DNA from: Marsupella aquatica
Lineage: Eukaryota > Plantae > Marchantiophyta
Direction of reading: 5' to 3'
Length of the DNA: 64,000 nucleotides
Assembly (NCBI GenBank): GCA_973895155.1
Contig: OZ316896.1
Coordinates: forward strand, 17,968,754 to 18,032,753
Shown here: piece after piece, positions 50,055 to 62,057 of the stretch
How positions within the stretch are numbered: the first letter of the stretch is position 1
How the letters are laid out: every line of letters starts with the position of its first letter
Position numbers and translations under genes: made by a program
Notes under the pieces: generated by a model
What the model was told of the DNA's origin: nothing
The model's database searches: none
What the model saw: only the letters and a program-made list of their open reading frames with translations

Positions 50055-53000
50055 CTATCTAAAGTCCTCGCTCAGAATGTCCTCAACATTTTTCGGTGGA
50101 ATGAAGTCAAACATGTAAATCAATGGACGCTGCACCGGGAACGATGATTGCAAATTATTTCTCATAGGGCAATATCCGCCAAATGTGTTCACATCAAACG
50201 GAACCGAAGTTCTGAGGAAGAAAAACGATTCTCTGGCGGCCCTCTCCACCTGCGAAGTTTTGAGATTCAAATCAGGACAATACCTTCATGTCGAGCCGGA
50301 GCATGTTTTTCATTTCAAAGACTAGGATTTCAGAGTGACCAATAAAGAAGCAATAATTAATAAGCACAAAATACTGTAAAATAAAATTAAGAAGTTACTA
50401 ACAATCTGTACATAGAACATATTTGAGTAATCACTAGACTTCCTCACTAAGATGCAAAATTTCATGAATGACTTTTTCATCCAAGGTAGTTGACAGGTTT
50501 TCATTTACAGGGTAATACCTGCCACCGGCAGTACTGATCGTTGCACAAAGTAATGATTACTGGAACAGAGTGTACTTTTGAGGAAATCATGATAACGCTC
50601 AATGATGCGAAAAACTTAAGCATAAGATCCTGGTGCTTTGCAGCATTCTCGTCAACGTCTGCAAAGGGGAAATTCCAAAGAATACATCTCACTCCTTCCC
50701 ACGGAATCGAGTGTACTCTTCTCTTGCCGTTTTCTGAAGAGGTCATAAGAGACGTGACATCTACATTCCACCTCAATTGCATCTCCAGCCTAGCAAGCCT
50801 CGTCAACCTCTCGTGTAGCAGGGGATTGTGCAAAAATATTTCTTTCTTGTCCAGAGAGGTCGCAATTATATTCCTCGGATCAACGAAACGCGAAAGGGCA
50901 TCGGCGAATGAAAAATCTCCTTCGCCGAATAGGAGTAAGTAATCCTTGTCATTGACAACTGGGAGTAGATCAAGCATGGACTGTGCATTTGGGGCAGGCT
51001 CATCAAAGTTGGGTGGTGCAATGTCACTCGGTAGAGCGTATCTTTGAGGGTCGGCATGCGAAAACCTGCATGCATCACCATATCGACAGCCCTGCAGAGA
51101 AAGAGAAGACCACAAACACGCTCACAAAGTAATGCAGGATCGAAACTCCAAGCAAGGGGAAAAATAGCATGCTCATACCCGAACACTACCAGCGTTTCAC
51201 AGCGAAGGCTTGGCGTTTGTTTCAGATGGGTTTGTATCCATATGTGTACTGGACGTGCAAGTCCACCATTCCGATAGGAAATGGTCAACTCAGTCGGTCA
51301 CATAGATCAAATCCGGTAGGTTATTTAGATAGAGCTGTAAATGAGGGCAGGCAAACTAAAACGCACAATCCAAAATGAGTTGGATGCGAAATCCAGAAAT
51401 TAAAGGGTAATGTTGGTTTCAGAAACTAGAGCTGTGAATTCGTGCTCCGAATCATCCTGTGATATACACCTAAAAGAACGATGCAAAGATTACTTTAGGA
51501 GTTTCTATTAACTAGCCAGGAGAAGAAAACGGTAGAGATTGCGCTGTAGAGTCATACGCTTGGTGAATTGTAGAACTTGCAGCGCATTGGGCTGGCGCTC
51601 AGAGAATGCGAGAATAAGCAAAGTGCCCCCTTATTACAAATCCCTTTTTGAAAGTAGCTGCAAAGAGGAGGTGCGCTAGACAGTTGCTCTCCTAAGGTCT
51701 CGCCAACAAATTCTGAGATGATCCGCTGCTGAGTCCCTCGTTGCGCCTGAAAAGACATAGGAACAGCAGCCAACACAATCAGGATCAAGCCATGGAGTCC
51801 CTTTATAACAATTATCTGTCACGTGAAAGGCAGAACAAATCCCATTCATACTTATGGACACTTCGGATCCAGCCAGGAGGAGGATAGCAGCTCTAATAAG
51901 TAGCTCGACTACCACCTCATATGTGGCAAGTAATACACGAAGAAGATTGTAAGATCCCACCAACTCACCTCAACGATAAGTGCGGAGAGCAATTGCTCAG
52001 CTGCTGGAGATTGGAAAGTGCCAGAGTGAGTATAAGGAACTGAAGTGCAAGTCACTGAGTCATCATCTGCATCACTCCACTCGGGCTTGGAATTGTGACT
52101 TATTTCGGAATTTCCATTGACTTCACGATGACCATCGACTTCACCATTTCCATTATACTGATGTCTGCCAATGAATTTGTCATCGCGAGCATCCACCTGT
52201 CCATTGCCACTGCATTTCTCACCATTTATTGCTTGACCATTGGTTTTACTTTCATCACTGCTTCTGACTTCTTTATGGCCATTGATGGTTTTTTCTGACT
52301 CTTGAAATGACCAGTCATTCCAAGCATCAGAATTGCCATCATGATGATTAGAGGAATCAACACATGTATCATCATAATTGTATTCTGAACTGGCCCTGTT
52401 CCCTGATTCATGAAATGACCGGTCATTCCAGCCATTATGAGAGGTAACACCATTCCCTGCTTGAGTGGAACATGAGTGCTGGAAATTCTCTGTCATGACG
52501 TACGACAGAGGCCCTGAAATCTTGCAAAGGAACTCTGGCCGAAATCGATGCAGGGCTTCCATGATAGTGTCCGCTGGATGGAAAGAAGAGTTCCAGAGAG
52601 AAACATTAGTACAAGCTCGTGATATTATAGACACCAACTTGGCTACAACGGAAATTGCTCCACACTTTTGACATTTAGCAAACTCTATAACAAAGGATTT
52701 GTATCCACATGATCTCGACATACCTGTCTCAGCAACTGAGCGGAGTGAAGTTAGGGAGAGACTATGTTGTGTGCACCAGTCAAACTCCAGATTCTCTTGA
52801 TCAGACTTCTGAGACCTGTCATTATGTAGCCTTGAGAATTTTAATTGTTGAACCAACGAATCCAGACGGCAATTGTCCTGCATGGAGTGACAAATGTGAA
52901 GGAACGGAGGCTTACTTTCAGGACTTCCACCCGGATCAAATAATCACCTACAGTACTCCCTTTCATTAAAATGGACAAAATCTTCCACAGGACTGGTAGG

Positions 53001-56000
53001 CAGCCCACTTGTTTCAGCCTTGGTCGTTGAAATCCAAGATGAAGAGAATGGCTGACCTTGAAAGAACGCTGCCAAAATTCGAACGCATTGAGGTTTGCGA
53101 GCATGATTGTTGAGTGTACCAGCTGACCTTGACCCTCTTCATTGTTTGCAGGCTTATAGTAACTCTCCACGTTGCGCTGATACTGAATCACGCATGAAGC
53201 ATTCATCGCATTGCATTAACTATCTTGACTGTCCCTACAGCGAAACTTAAAAGCATGGTAAACAATCATGCAAAGTCAAGAAACCAGAACTTTGCAAACC
53301 AGCAAGGTATGGACAAAGGTCTACCAACGGCTAAGTTTTTCAGAAGAAAGCAAGACGAGAGGGAATTTTAAACCGAGGCTAGGATGTCCAGACCAGGTAA
53401 GCATTTCCAAAAGGCTTCACTATTGGATTTGGGGTGGAGTGCGAAATGGCAGCCAGCACTGCACTTTCTCGTGGATAGCCGAGCTGTCCTCCCCTGACCA
53501 CTAATACCGAGGCCTCCAAAGAGAGAGGAAGAGATACGAGAAGCTGTCCATATATGGTCGGCTGATGTTTTCCCTTTGCATCGGTATACATTGCATTCAT
53601 ATCTTCGAGCTTCTCCAGAGCATCTTCAACCGTCTCACGTGGTGGTGCATTCATACTTTTCTTCAGAAGAGCTACATTAAAGAAGAAACGTGTATCAACT
53701 TTTTGTATCCGTCATGTTGTCTAAGTAAAACTCTTCAACCAAATTAGCGCAACCCAAACCAGCAATACAGCACCGAAAAACCAGCCAGGTCTTCTCAACT
53801 AAAATCCGCAAGTTCATCCCTGACATTGCAGTATCTTAAGATACTTCCACCTCCAAAAATGAGTGGAGCGATCCTTGGAGATCACTAGTCTTGTCTGAAA
53901 AAGTAATTAGAGCCCATGCGTGCCACATGCTGGATGATCTTACTGAGGTCGAGTCTAGATCATCTACAGCCTCTCATGGAAATCGAGACAATCCCTGTTC
54001 CTTCCAGACCTACTTTAATTAGGTACGGTTTGCATTAACACCGATCACAGCCAAGATGAGGTTGAAGAGAACCTGCTGGATCATTAAGAGCCTTTGATGC
54101 AGCACAAAGGATCATCAGTACTTGCTTCCTGAGGGACAAGAGCTGCATGGCAGGTGTCTCAAACTTCTCAAACCTTATGAAATGATTTCGAGGCACCATA
54201 CGGTAAACTGTACCATCACAAGTCCGTCCTGTTCTTCCCTTACGCTGGTCAGCCTGCGAGATATTGTTGACATCTATCAGAGCCATTCGGAAATCCTCAC
54301 TGAAACTCAAGAGCTCCAAAGACAATAACTTATTTCGAGAAGTCCGAACTCAGCAAGAAGCCGTAAAGAAAATTGGTGAAATTTCTCTCTGACCTGGGAT
54401 TGAGAAACCCATACAAGACGAGTCTGTTCCCTCTTCGAGATGCTATCCCAATATACTTCAAGAGAGCGGCAAGCATCTATGACAAACGAAACTCCTGATA
54501 TTGTTATAGACGATTCTGCAACATTTGTGGCCAGAATAATCTGAACAATCCGAAGGACAGATCTGTTAGATTGTGAAATACCTTTGATCAAACGAAATTA
54601 AGCTGTAGAATTTCCACAGTGAGACATTGAATTCCAGTCTTATAAAATCTGTATCCCACGCATGCAAATAACCTAAAGTAAAAATTCATTGCATACATAA
54701 GGTTAAGATTAATATCTGCATTCTAGAGCCCAATATTCTGATAATGTTGATCAGTATTATACGTGATTAGCTACAACAGAAAGTAGACACAACGAGGGTG
54801 GAAAAAAAATCTTGACTCTGCTTCAAGCTCTCGATATGATAGGAATAGTAGTAAAAGTCATTAAAGGAACTCCAAGATGTTGTGGGCAACAAACCTTTCG
54901 CTGTTTGAGAGGGCAAGCTTCCATTGCCCTGATTGATTGCTCCATATCTATACTTCTGTGTAGGACGTAAACTTGAAATGGTTTACGAGAGTTATTCAGT
55001 AGCGACCACTGCAGTTCAAGGGCCCTATATGTGGGAAGAAAGACGAGAACATTCTTAGAAAAATCAGGCTCGGAGTTATGGAGATGAACAATCAGGTCTT
55101 TGATCAGCTTCTGCGTTGGGACCCCAATATCAACTCCTCTTTCTGCAGGTGCAAAATTCGCCTTCATGGCGTCTAGGACAGCCATGTGTTCTGAAGTAGT
55201 CCCCAGGAGCTTTACGGCCTGCAGCATTTTCCATACAATTGGGTTAATAACTCTCGTCAACTTAGTCACAGATATATCTCTAATTCTCGATAGGAGATGT
55301 CTTGATTACTGCCGTGTCGAAAGTTACCTGCTCAAGATAGACAACCTTGGTGTTCAGAATAACACTCTGAAATTTTTCAGCAATATTCTCAATAGCGATC
55401 TTCTCCACACCTTCCCCACGATCAATATCCTTGAAGTACTCCTCGTATTTCAGCAAATCCGCTGTTGCTGACATGAGGACCAACCTGCATTGGAATTCCC
55501 CAAAAATCAACCGTAAGAGATGCCGCCAAAATTCTTGAGAACTATCATGGGCAAGGGGAGTAGAAAAACACATCAGCAAGAATGCTTGGGCGCATTCCAG
55601 AATTCGAGAAGGGCGATAACTTCAGCACTCGAGAAAGTTGTCCTGAAGTACCGTTATATCCAGTGTGAGCGACCGCATGCCTCCACGACTTGAAATCAGC
55701 CTTGAATGGTTGCAATTTGCTTTCAATGGAGAGATACAAACTAAAATGCTCTTGCCAGCTGACACTCCCGAAGCTCAACTAAGATGATCGTATGTATGAC
55801 GTACTACCACACAAACGGTTCGTTATACTTGGAGTGCTCAGAAAGGGTAATGCGGTTTTTTTGGAACAGATCCTTGGGAGAAAATCACAGGAAAATAATT
55901 CAGCACCGCTGTCTACTCCCATGCATGGAAACACACATGCCAAGAAAATGGCTGCTTTGTCAGGTCTATAGGTGCTCACTTTACATTGGTCGACCGTAAT

Positions 56001-57087
56001 AGCTGCTTCACACACGTCAGGACCAAATCAGACTCAACTGATCGTTCGTGAACTTCGTCCAAAATGAGAACCTTGTATCTGGAGAGAGCATTCGGTCCAT
56101 TGATTCGTAATTCCTCAAATAAGATTCCTGCCGTTTTGAACACGATATTCGTCCTACAACCAGAATCCCATGACAAGTATTACATGACCCAGATCTACAT
56201 GACTATACACAATCTTGAACGGTAAGCTAGTGAATTTTAATCATAAGCACTATCAAATAACTGCAGAACGAATATCAATGAGGTGAGTACCGTGTTGTAC
56301 TGAGGTTAAGCTGCCCGATTTGGTAGCCCACATCTCCTCCTAAAGCACACCCACGCTCTTCGGCGACTCGTTTAGCCACAGCAACAACAGCAAGTCTACG
56401 AGGCTGGGTACACAATATCGGTCCTAAACCTTCGTCCAAGAGCATCTGCGGCACTTGAGAGCTCTTCCCTGCAACAATGAATTGCAGAACCAAATACCGA
56501 GGTTTATCTCCATACCAACGTTTCCGGAAAAAAATTGATATCTATACAGGAATTTCGGTGAGCAAACGGGACCAGAACATTCCAGGCAGATTCCAACGTA
56601 GTAGTAGGGAAGACCCTCAACGTGATGTACAATAGACGACGGTCAATATCACTCAATCTTTCCTGTGGTTACTTCCGCAATTACGAGGGTGCCGTTTAAC
56701 TTTCTGCGTCCTATAAAATTCATCTCCTCCCCCTGAAGAATCAGCACATTTCTCCGACATTCTAGCAGAACAAAAGAGAAACTAAAAGGGTCGCGTAAAT
56801 CCAGCTTCCCACATGCTATATTAACCTCAGAACAAGCGTACAACTGAGTAGGATATACCTGAGCCCGTATCCGCAAAGATGAGAGTGACTCGATTCTCCT
56901 GCACTTTCGCTACAATGCGATTTCTATGTCTCCTGACCGGCAAATCCCTACTGGCGTGTTGCCTGGGCCCAGGTAACAGGTCTGGCGGCCTACCCCCCGT
57001 CATTGCGCGTTTCGGAACGGAATTCTGCGTTTCAAGAGAAACCCAACCATACAATGCATCATGATCGCTGAACACAAAGGCAGCCAT
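50055..57087 (-). CDS. DExH8: DExH-box ATP-dependent RNA helicase (DExH8/C3H31-like) with two CCCH zinc fingers and a C-terminal DUF2431/BMT5-like methyltransferase domain
   Basis: 14 GT-AG exons join in frame (1141 aa from ATG 57003; alternative ATG 57087): 57003-56859, 56468-56291, 56153-55980, 55484-55328, 55218-54895, 54540-54394, 54253-54073, 53671-53394, 53182-53057, 52877-52724, 52573-51969, 51746-51558, 51091-50519, 50249-50055. Motifs: [72 protein letters not shown]|[23 protein letters not shown] and ILWNFPF. Confidence 0.92.
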
Positions 57088-57536
57088 GGAAAGGACTGCA
57101 ACTCAGTAGACAGTGTGGGGAGTACAGAATAGGACTTACGAAGAATCCCGTCCGAAGCCCCATGTACGAAGTGTCATTCGCAGTCAACGCCATCATCGCA
57201 ATGCCGGCTGGTAAAAATTACTTAAACCCTCCTTTCATATCTTCCTGGTAGTCAGACAAATTTGTCATACTAATGCGATTCGGCCGACGGCAGCCATTTG
57301 GCTGTACTTAGGACGCATTTCTCGGGTCGACTAAGAGACAGAGAGAGAGAAGGTAGAATCAACTTCGGAGGTCAACTAGCCTCCACAGAGAATAGACAGA
57401 GTACAACCGGCGAGGTGCCGATGGCCCTTGTAGTGTAGTCCTGTGACTAAATTTACAGGAGCAACGGAAACGAAATAGATACTCGCCTTCGTATATCAGC
57501 TGAGAGATCAAATTCCCAACATCCAAACTACACTCT

Positions 57537-57718
57537 CTCTGCTGGGTTTATCCATTCAATTCAGGCTGCAATCTTAAGCATGAGCATTCCATACAACATA
57601 AGCATAGTGCTCGTGCTCGACTATGCACTCTGCTGGGTTTATCCATTCAATTCAGGCTGCAATCTTAAGCATGAGCATTCCATACAACATAAGCAGAGTG
57701 CTCGTGCTCGACTATGCA
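57537..57718. repeat. 91-bp tandem duplication (2 copies, 1 mismatch) upstream of the helicase gene
   Basis: 57537-57627 vs 57628-57718. Confidence 0.93.
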
Positions 57719-58805
57719 CAGCATCCCATCAGATTAGCACGAAACCTCTGAGATTTGAGAATGATCCCCTATGGCACGGCTTTCCGGAATGGACACGTTA
57801 GTGCTCCAGCCCAGCGGAAGGAGATTTTGAACGTGATAGTTTCTTCCCAAGTACGAAATACGATGGGAGAAGAGGTCTCTACTATCAACTCTCACACTGG
57901 CTTTCCCATTACAGCGGCCCATTTTCTAGCAGACAAAGAGTCAGCATTTTTAGCTAAAATTGACGCGACTCTTACGAGAGAGCGGGAGCAAGTAGAATTC
58001 ATTCACTCTCCGATTCTTGAATTGTTACGTAACGCCCACCGCCCAATTGTACATTCTGACCATCACCCAAGGACCGGACGACTGTAAAACCCATTACTCA
58101 ATTCATTCATTGGCTTACGAACTGGGCACGCACAAATTCGCCAAGAAATGGGTTCCCGCTAAGTCCGGAAGACCGGTCCAAAGAGACGTGACGAGTGACA
58201 CTGAACACACTGAACAGCGCAGAGTCCTCGACAAGAAATAATTCCCAACGGCCATTTCTCAAACTAGTAAGCGTTCCTGACATAGGAAATAGTCATCTAA
58301 CATGAGAAGCACTGTTAGAAAATCCGACGAGGAGAACGCATAACTCAACATCGGCCACAGAGGGAGAGAAGTGTACCTTACAAAGCTCCAGGGGGCAGGG
58401 CAAACTGCTCTCTGCTCCAAAGAGTCTCCCATTCGCATGGATTGCGGCCCGGAGCTCTCCTCTACCTCCCAAACAGACCTATTTCCCAAGCATAGCACGC
58501 TCCCGAGGGTGTTTGCCTGCCTGCCTACTAATTATGGAGATCGTGCAATCCTGCCTCTCAAGCAGCACTAAAGCTAGCTGCGGCGAGCTAAACTTTGAAT
58601 GTATCTAGAAACAGAACTCGAAGCACAAACAGGATTCCAGAATGTATGTCTCACGAACTCAACGATGCCCTTCCTTAATAACATATCCACCGAAGGATTA
58701 CGAGCTGGCCTATCTACCCAGCTAAATCAGCATTGGAAGATGTGTCAACCTCCTCGACAGGACACGATACAATAAGAGGATGCAACCAGCCAGATTTCTA
58801 CTCAA

Positions 58806-58836
58806 CAACCCAACCCAACCCAACCCAACCCAACCC
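58806..58836. repeat. (CAACC)n pentanucleotide microsatellite, about 6 units
   Basis: Directly visible. Confidence 0.9.
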
Positions 58837-59394
58837 AGTGCAGAACTCTACTGAACTCAGTCCCCTCCCCACCTCCTTCCACATGTGCGTCAAAGCATTG
58901 AGAAGACTACGCTCTTCCAATCCCCAAAGCCCAAACGCACAACCAATCTCCCGCCGCTTTGCCCCTCAAGAACACGCAGTGGCCATCCCATCAGCAACTT
59001 CAGGAATCAAGCACACGCGTTTCTGATGCATTCCTCTAGAGCACAACCTCAAAATTCTGCCCAAGACTGGGCAAATGTCGGTGGAATTCAAAACCCACAA
59101 GCAGAAGAAGCAGGAGAAGCAGGAGAATGGGCAGCAGCTCAATCCAGCCCAGCAACGAGCGACACTGAACTTGCACCTCTGGAACACAATGTGCGTACAG
59201 ATTCGACACCTGCGCGTGTGCAGAGCTGTGGGATGTGAGCAGCTCGCGCCGCTGCTGATGGCTGTCAAATTGCCTGGCTCCTCGACCCATCGATTGGAGG
59301 CAGGGCGGGAGAGAAGGATGGAGGCGAGGGCAGTGAGGTGACCAAAAACCTTCCTCGCAAAGTTAGATAAACGAACACATTGCACTACAAGCTT

Positions 59395-59517
59395 CTTTTT
59401 CAAGATTGCCAATCTGGTTGACAGTATGTCGGTAACTTACTACTGTAAAGTACAGTCTTTTCCAAGATTGCCAATCTAGTTGACAGTAAGTCAGTAACTT
59501 ACTACTGTAAAGTACAG
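59395..59517. repeat. ~62-bp tandem duplication
   Basis: CAAGATTGCCAATCT(G/A)GTTGACAGTA(T/A)GTC(G/A)GTAACTTACTACTGTAAAGTACAG occurs twice. Confidence 0.9.
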
Positions 59518-61857
59518 CCTTGCTCCATAGGTATCCAGCATTTGTTCCCAGCCCCAGGTAATCACACATCAAAATGTAGTAATATAAGGTGTCAATAATG
59601 TGACGATATGGAAGAATGTCATATATGTCATATTTTGATGTACACTTATCAAGACCTCCATTTGTTGTGGCCAGAATTACATTCCCCCACTCTAAAAAGT
59701 CTTCCACTAGCACTTTGCAATAGCCAGGTTCCCACCTAGCCAGCTAGAGACCCCATTAGCCTGAGTGTAGCATTCATTGTAAAATCTATGGTGATTTTGA
59801 CCCCATTCACCAGAATCTAACAGTCATCCTTAAATCTAATCTAAATCTTGGGAGATATGAGAGCCCAAAGACAATCTAGAGAATTTAGATAAGGAATATT
59901 CTTAGCATCTACAGTAGTCCTTTGCACTGGATTGGACCGGTTTAACTCAAAAATCCATACTTAAAAGCATGAGAGAGTGGGGTGGACCACAAATTTATTT
60001 ATTGTTTCCAATGTTGCCATAATGCACAGAAAGTGAGAACATGAACATGTAAAATTTTCTCACATTTTTTTATGTTACCTATGGCCTGTATAAACTAGCA
60101 ATTACCAGTCTTCAACGTGGCAAGCATGGTTCCAAGTTGAAGCTTCATAAGTTAACCAGTTTTTGCACACTCTCCTTTGGAAGCAAGCTTCAATAAAGTC
60201 CTTTGCACAGCAAAAACTTGACACTAAATTTGAAGTTATTCCTCTATCACCTACGGTAGATGGAAATGGACAGGTGGGCACCATCGTTTTTTGTAGGGTT
60301 TAGGGAAACCCTTTATCCATCCAGAATACTTGGGGTATTCTTAAACTTTCAGATACAAAACTGGTTGGAGGTTTCACAAGGACCCCAAAATGTTCTGTTG
60401 AATGGACCCAAAATATCAATAATTGTTTTAACAATGGGGAAGTGCATAAGCAATTTCTGATGCACTTATTAGGCAGTGCAAAGCATGCACATTCTGGAAA
60501 GTGTGCATTATGTGGATAAGTGCTGGGTGTTGGTGTCTTATTGGGAGCCTTCACTTATGTACAACCGGGATGCACAGTTGGCTGTATAGAAGGGTTGATT
60601 GTGTAGAGTCGACTGATCTCCCAAGTACCAATACAAGGAAACAATTGCTTCACCAAACTACTTTACAGTGTATTAGGGTGGCTTTATAAGACTCGGGGGC
60701 AGATGTGACATTTCTCACTTAGTAGCGCCTTCTTGTTGTAAAGATAGATTGCATACCAATTGTGTGCTAGAAATACAAACCACGTAAATCAAGAAGCCAA
60801 AGCTTGCATTGTTTAGACCACCATACCGAGGTATTGTATAATGGGAGCAAACAAGAGTTTTGTTAGCTAGTAGACTCTTTTTAATGAGACACTAGTGGTT
60901 TTGTTATCTAGGAGACTGTACTTAGCAAGATAATAGTGGTTTTAAATTTCTTTTGCTTTTTTGTATTTTTTATATTTTGTGTTTTTTATGACTCCAGATG
61001 GCTAGCGAGTTGCTAGCAAAAAGAGGAGTCACAAAAATGTATGGTATCAACTAGGTTGTTGTTAGAGAGGCAGTTGGAAATAAAAAGATTAGGGGTCATG
61101 TGACCAAAACTTTTGCTCGTGCAAGGATTTATTTTACTGTTTCCTTGCACACTACAATGACCCCACCATACTCAGGAAGTATCTAAAATTCTAAAAGAAA
61201 TAAGCACTTCACATGGCTATATACTTGAGCCCACTCATTGACATGCAGGACTGTAGACCATATACCAAAATGTGCATTTTTAAGCGTTAAAGACTTTACA
61301 ATTTTTTGCGAAGGGTTCTCCTTAAATGTAGGAAGATTTTACAGTCAGATATTAATCTACTAAAATTGGTAGTGAATATTAATAGAATTTTGCCCTTCAC
61401 CCAAGGTAACACTTACCATCCAAGGGGGCAAAAAGAAACAGCCTTAAAATTAACCCTCGTTTGAGTTATAATGATCGTCCAGGTCTGGTTTGAGTTGTAA
61501 TTATCGTCCAGGTTTGATCACTGAAAGAATATCTCATCTCGTATGGAAGAAAAGAGAAGACAATGGAGTAATGGACCCGTCTTGTGAAACCACCATTTAC
61601 TTGTCACGGGTGCAGATTGCATCAAACTGAGCTACGATGTTAGACTACTTGTACTCTACTAGGACTATGATGGGAGACAACTTGTCGCAAAGCTTTAAAT
61701 TCTATGGACCTGAACTCACTTGTTGAAGTTATGGTTAGAAATTGCTTTAGAATAGCAGATTTCTATAATTACATAACTTTTGGCCATGAGGATATATCAT
61801 GACCATAAGTCAATGTAGAGAGTACCTAAAAACAAATTAAGCTGTACACAACCTGTG

Positions 61858-62057
61858 AAAAAACTATGGTCATTTGTTTATGGCCACAAAATCGTGGAAA
61901 AGCTATGGTCATATGTTTATGGCCACAACCATGTGGAAAAGCTATGGTCAGATGTTTGTGGCCAAAAGTCATATTCCAAAGCTATGGGGTCATTTGTTTA
62001 TGGCCAAAAGTCATTGTCTTCTCCAAAGCTATGGTCATTTCTTTACAGCCAAAAGTC
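61858..62057. repeat. ~33-bp tandem repeat (AAAGCTATGGTCATTTGTTTATGGCCAAAA), about 6 units
   Basis: Directly visible; generates the repetitive KLWSFVYG pseudo-ORF. Confidence 0.88.

Noticed and set aside
58733-59412. Overlapping GC-rich ORFs on both strands
   Set aside because: No recognisable domain or consistent splice structure; more likely leader or promoter sequence.
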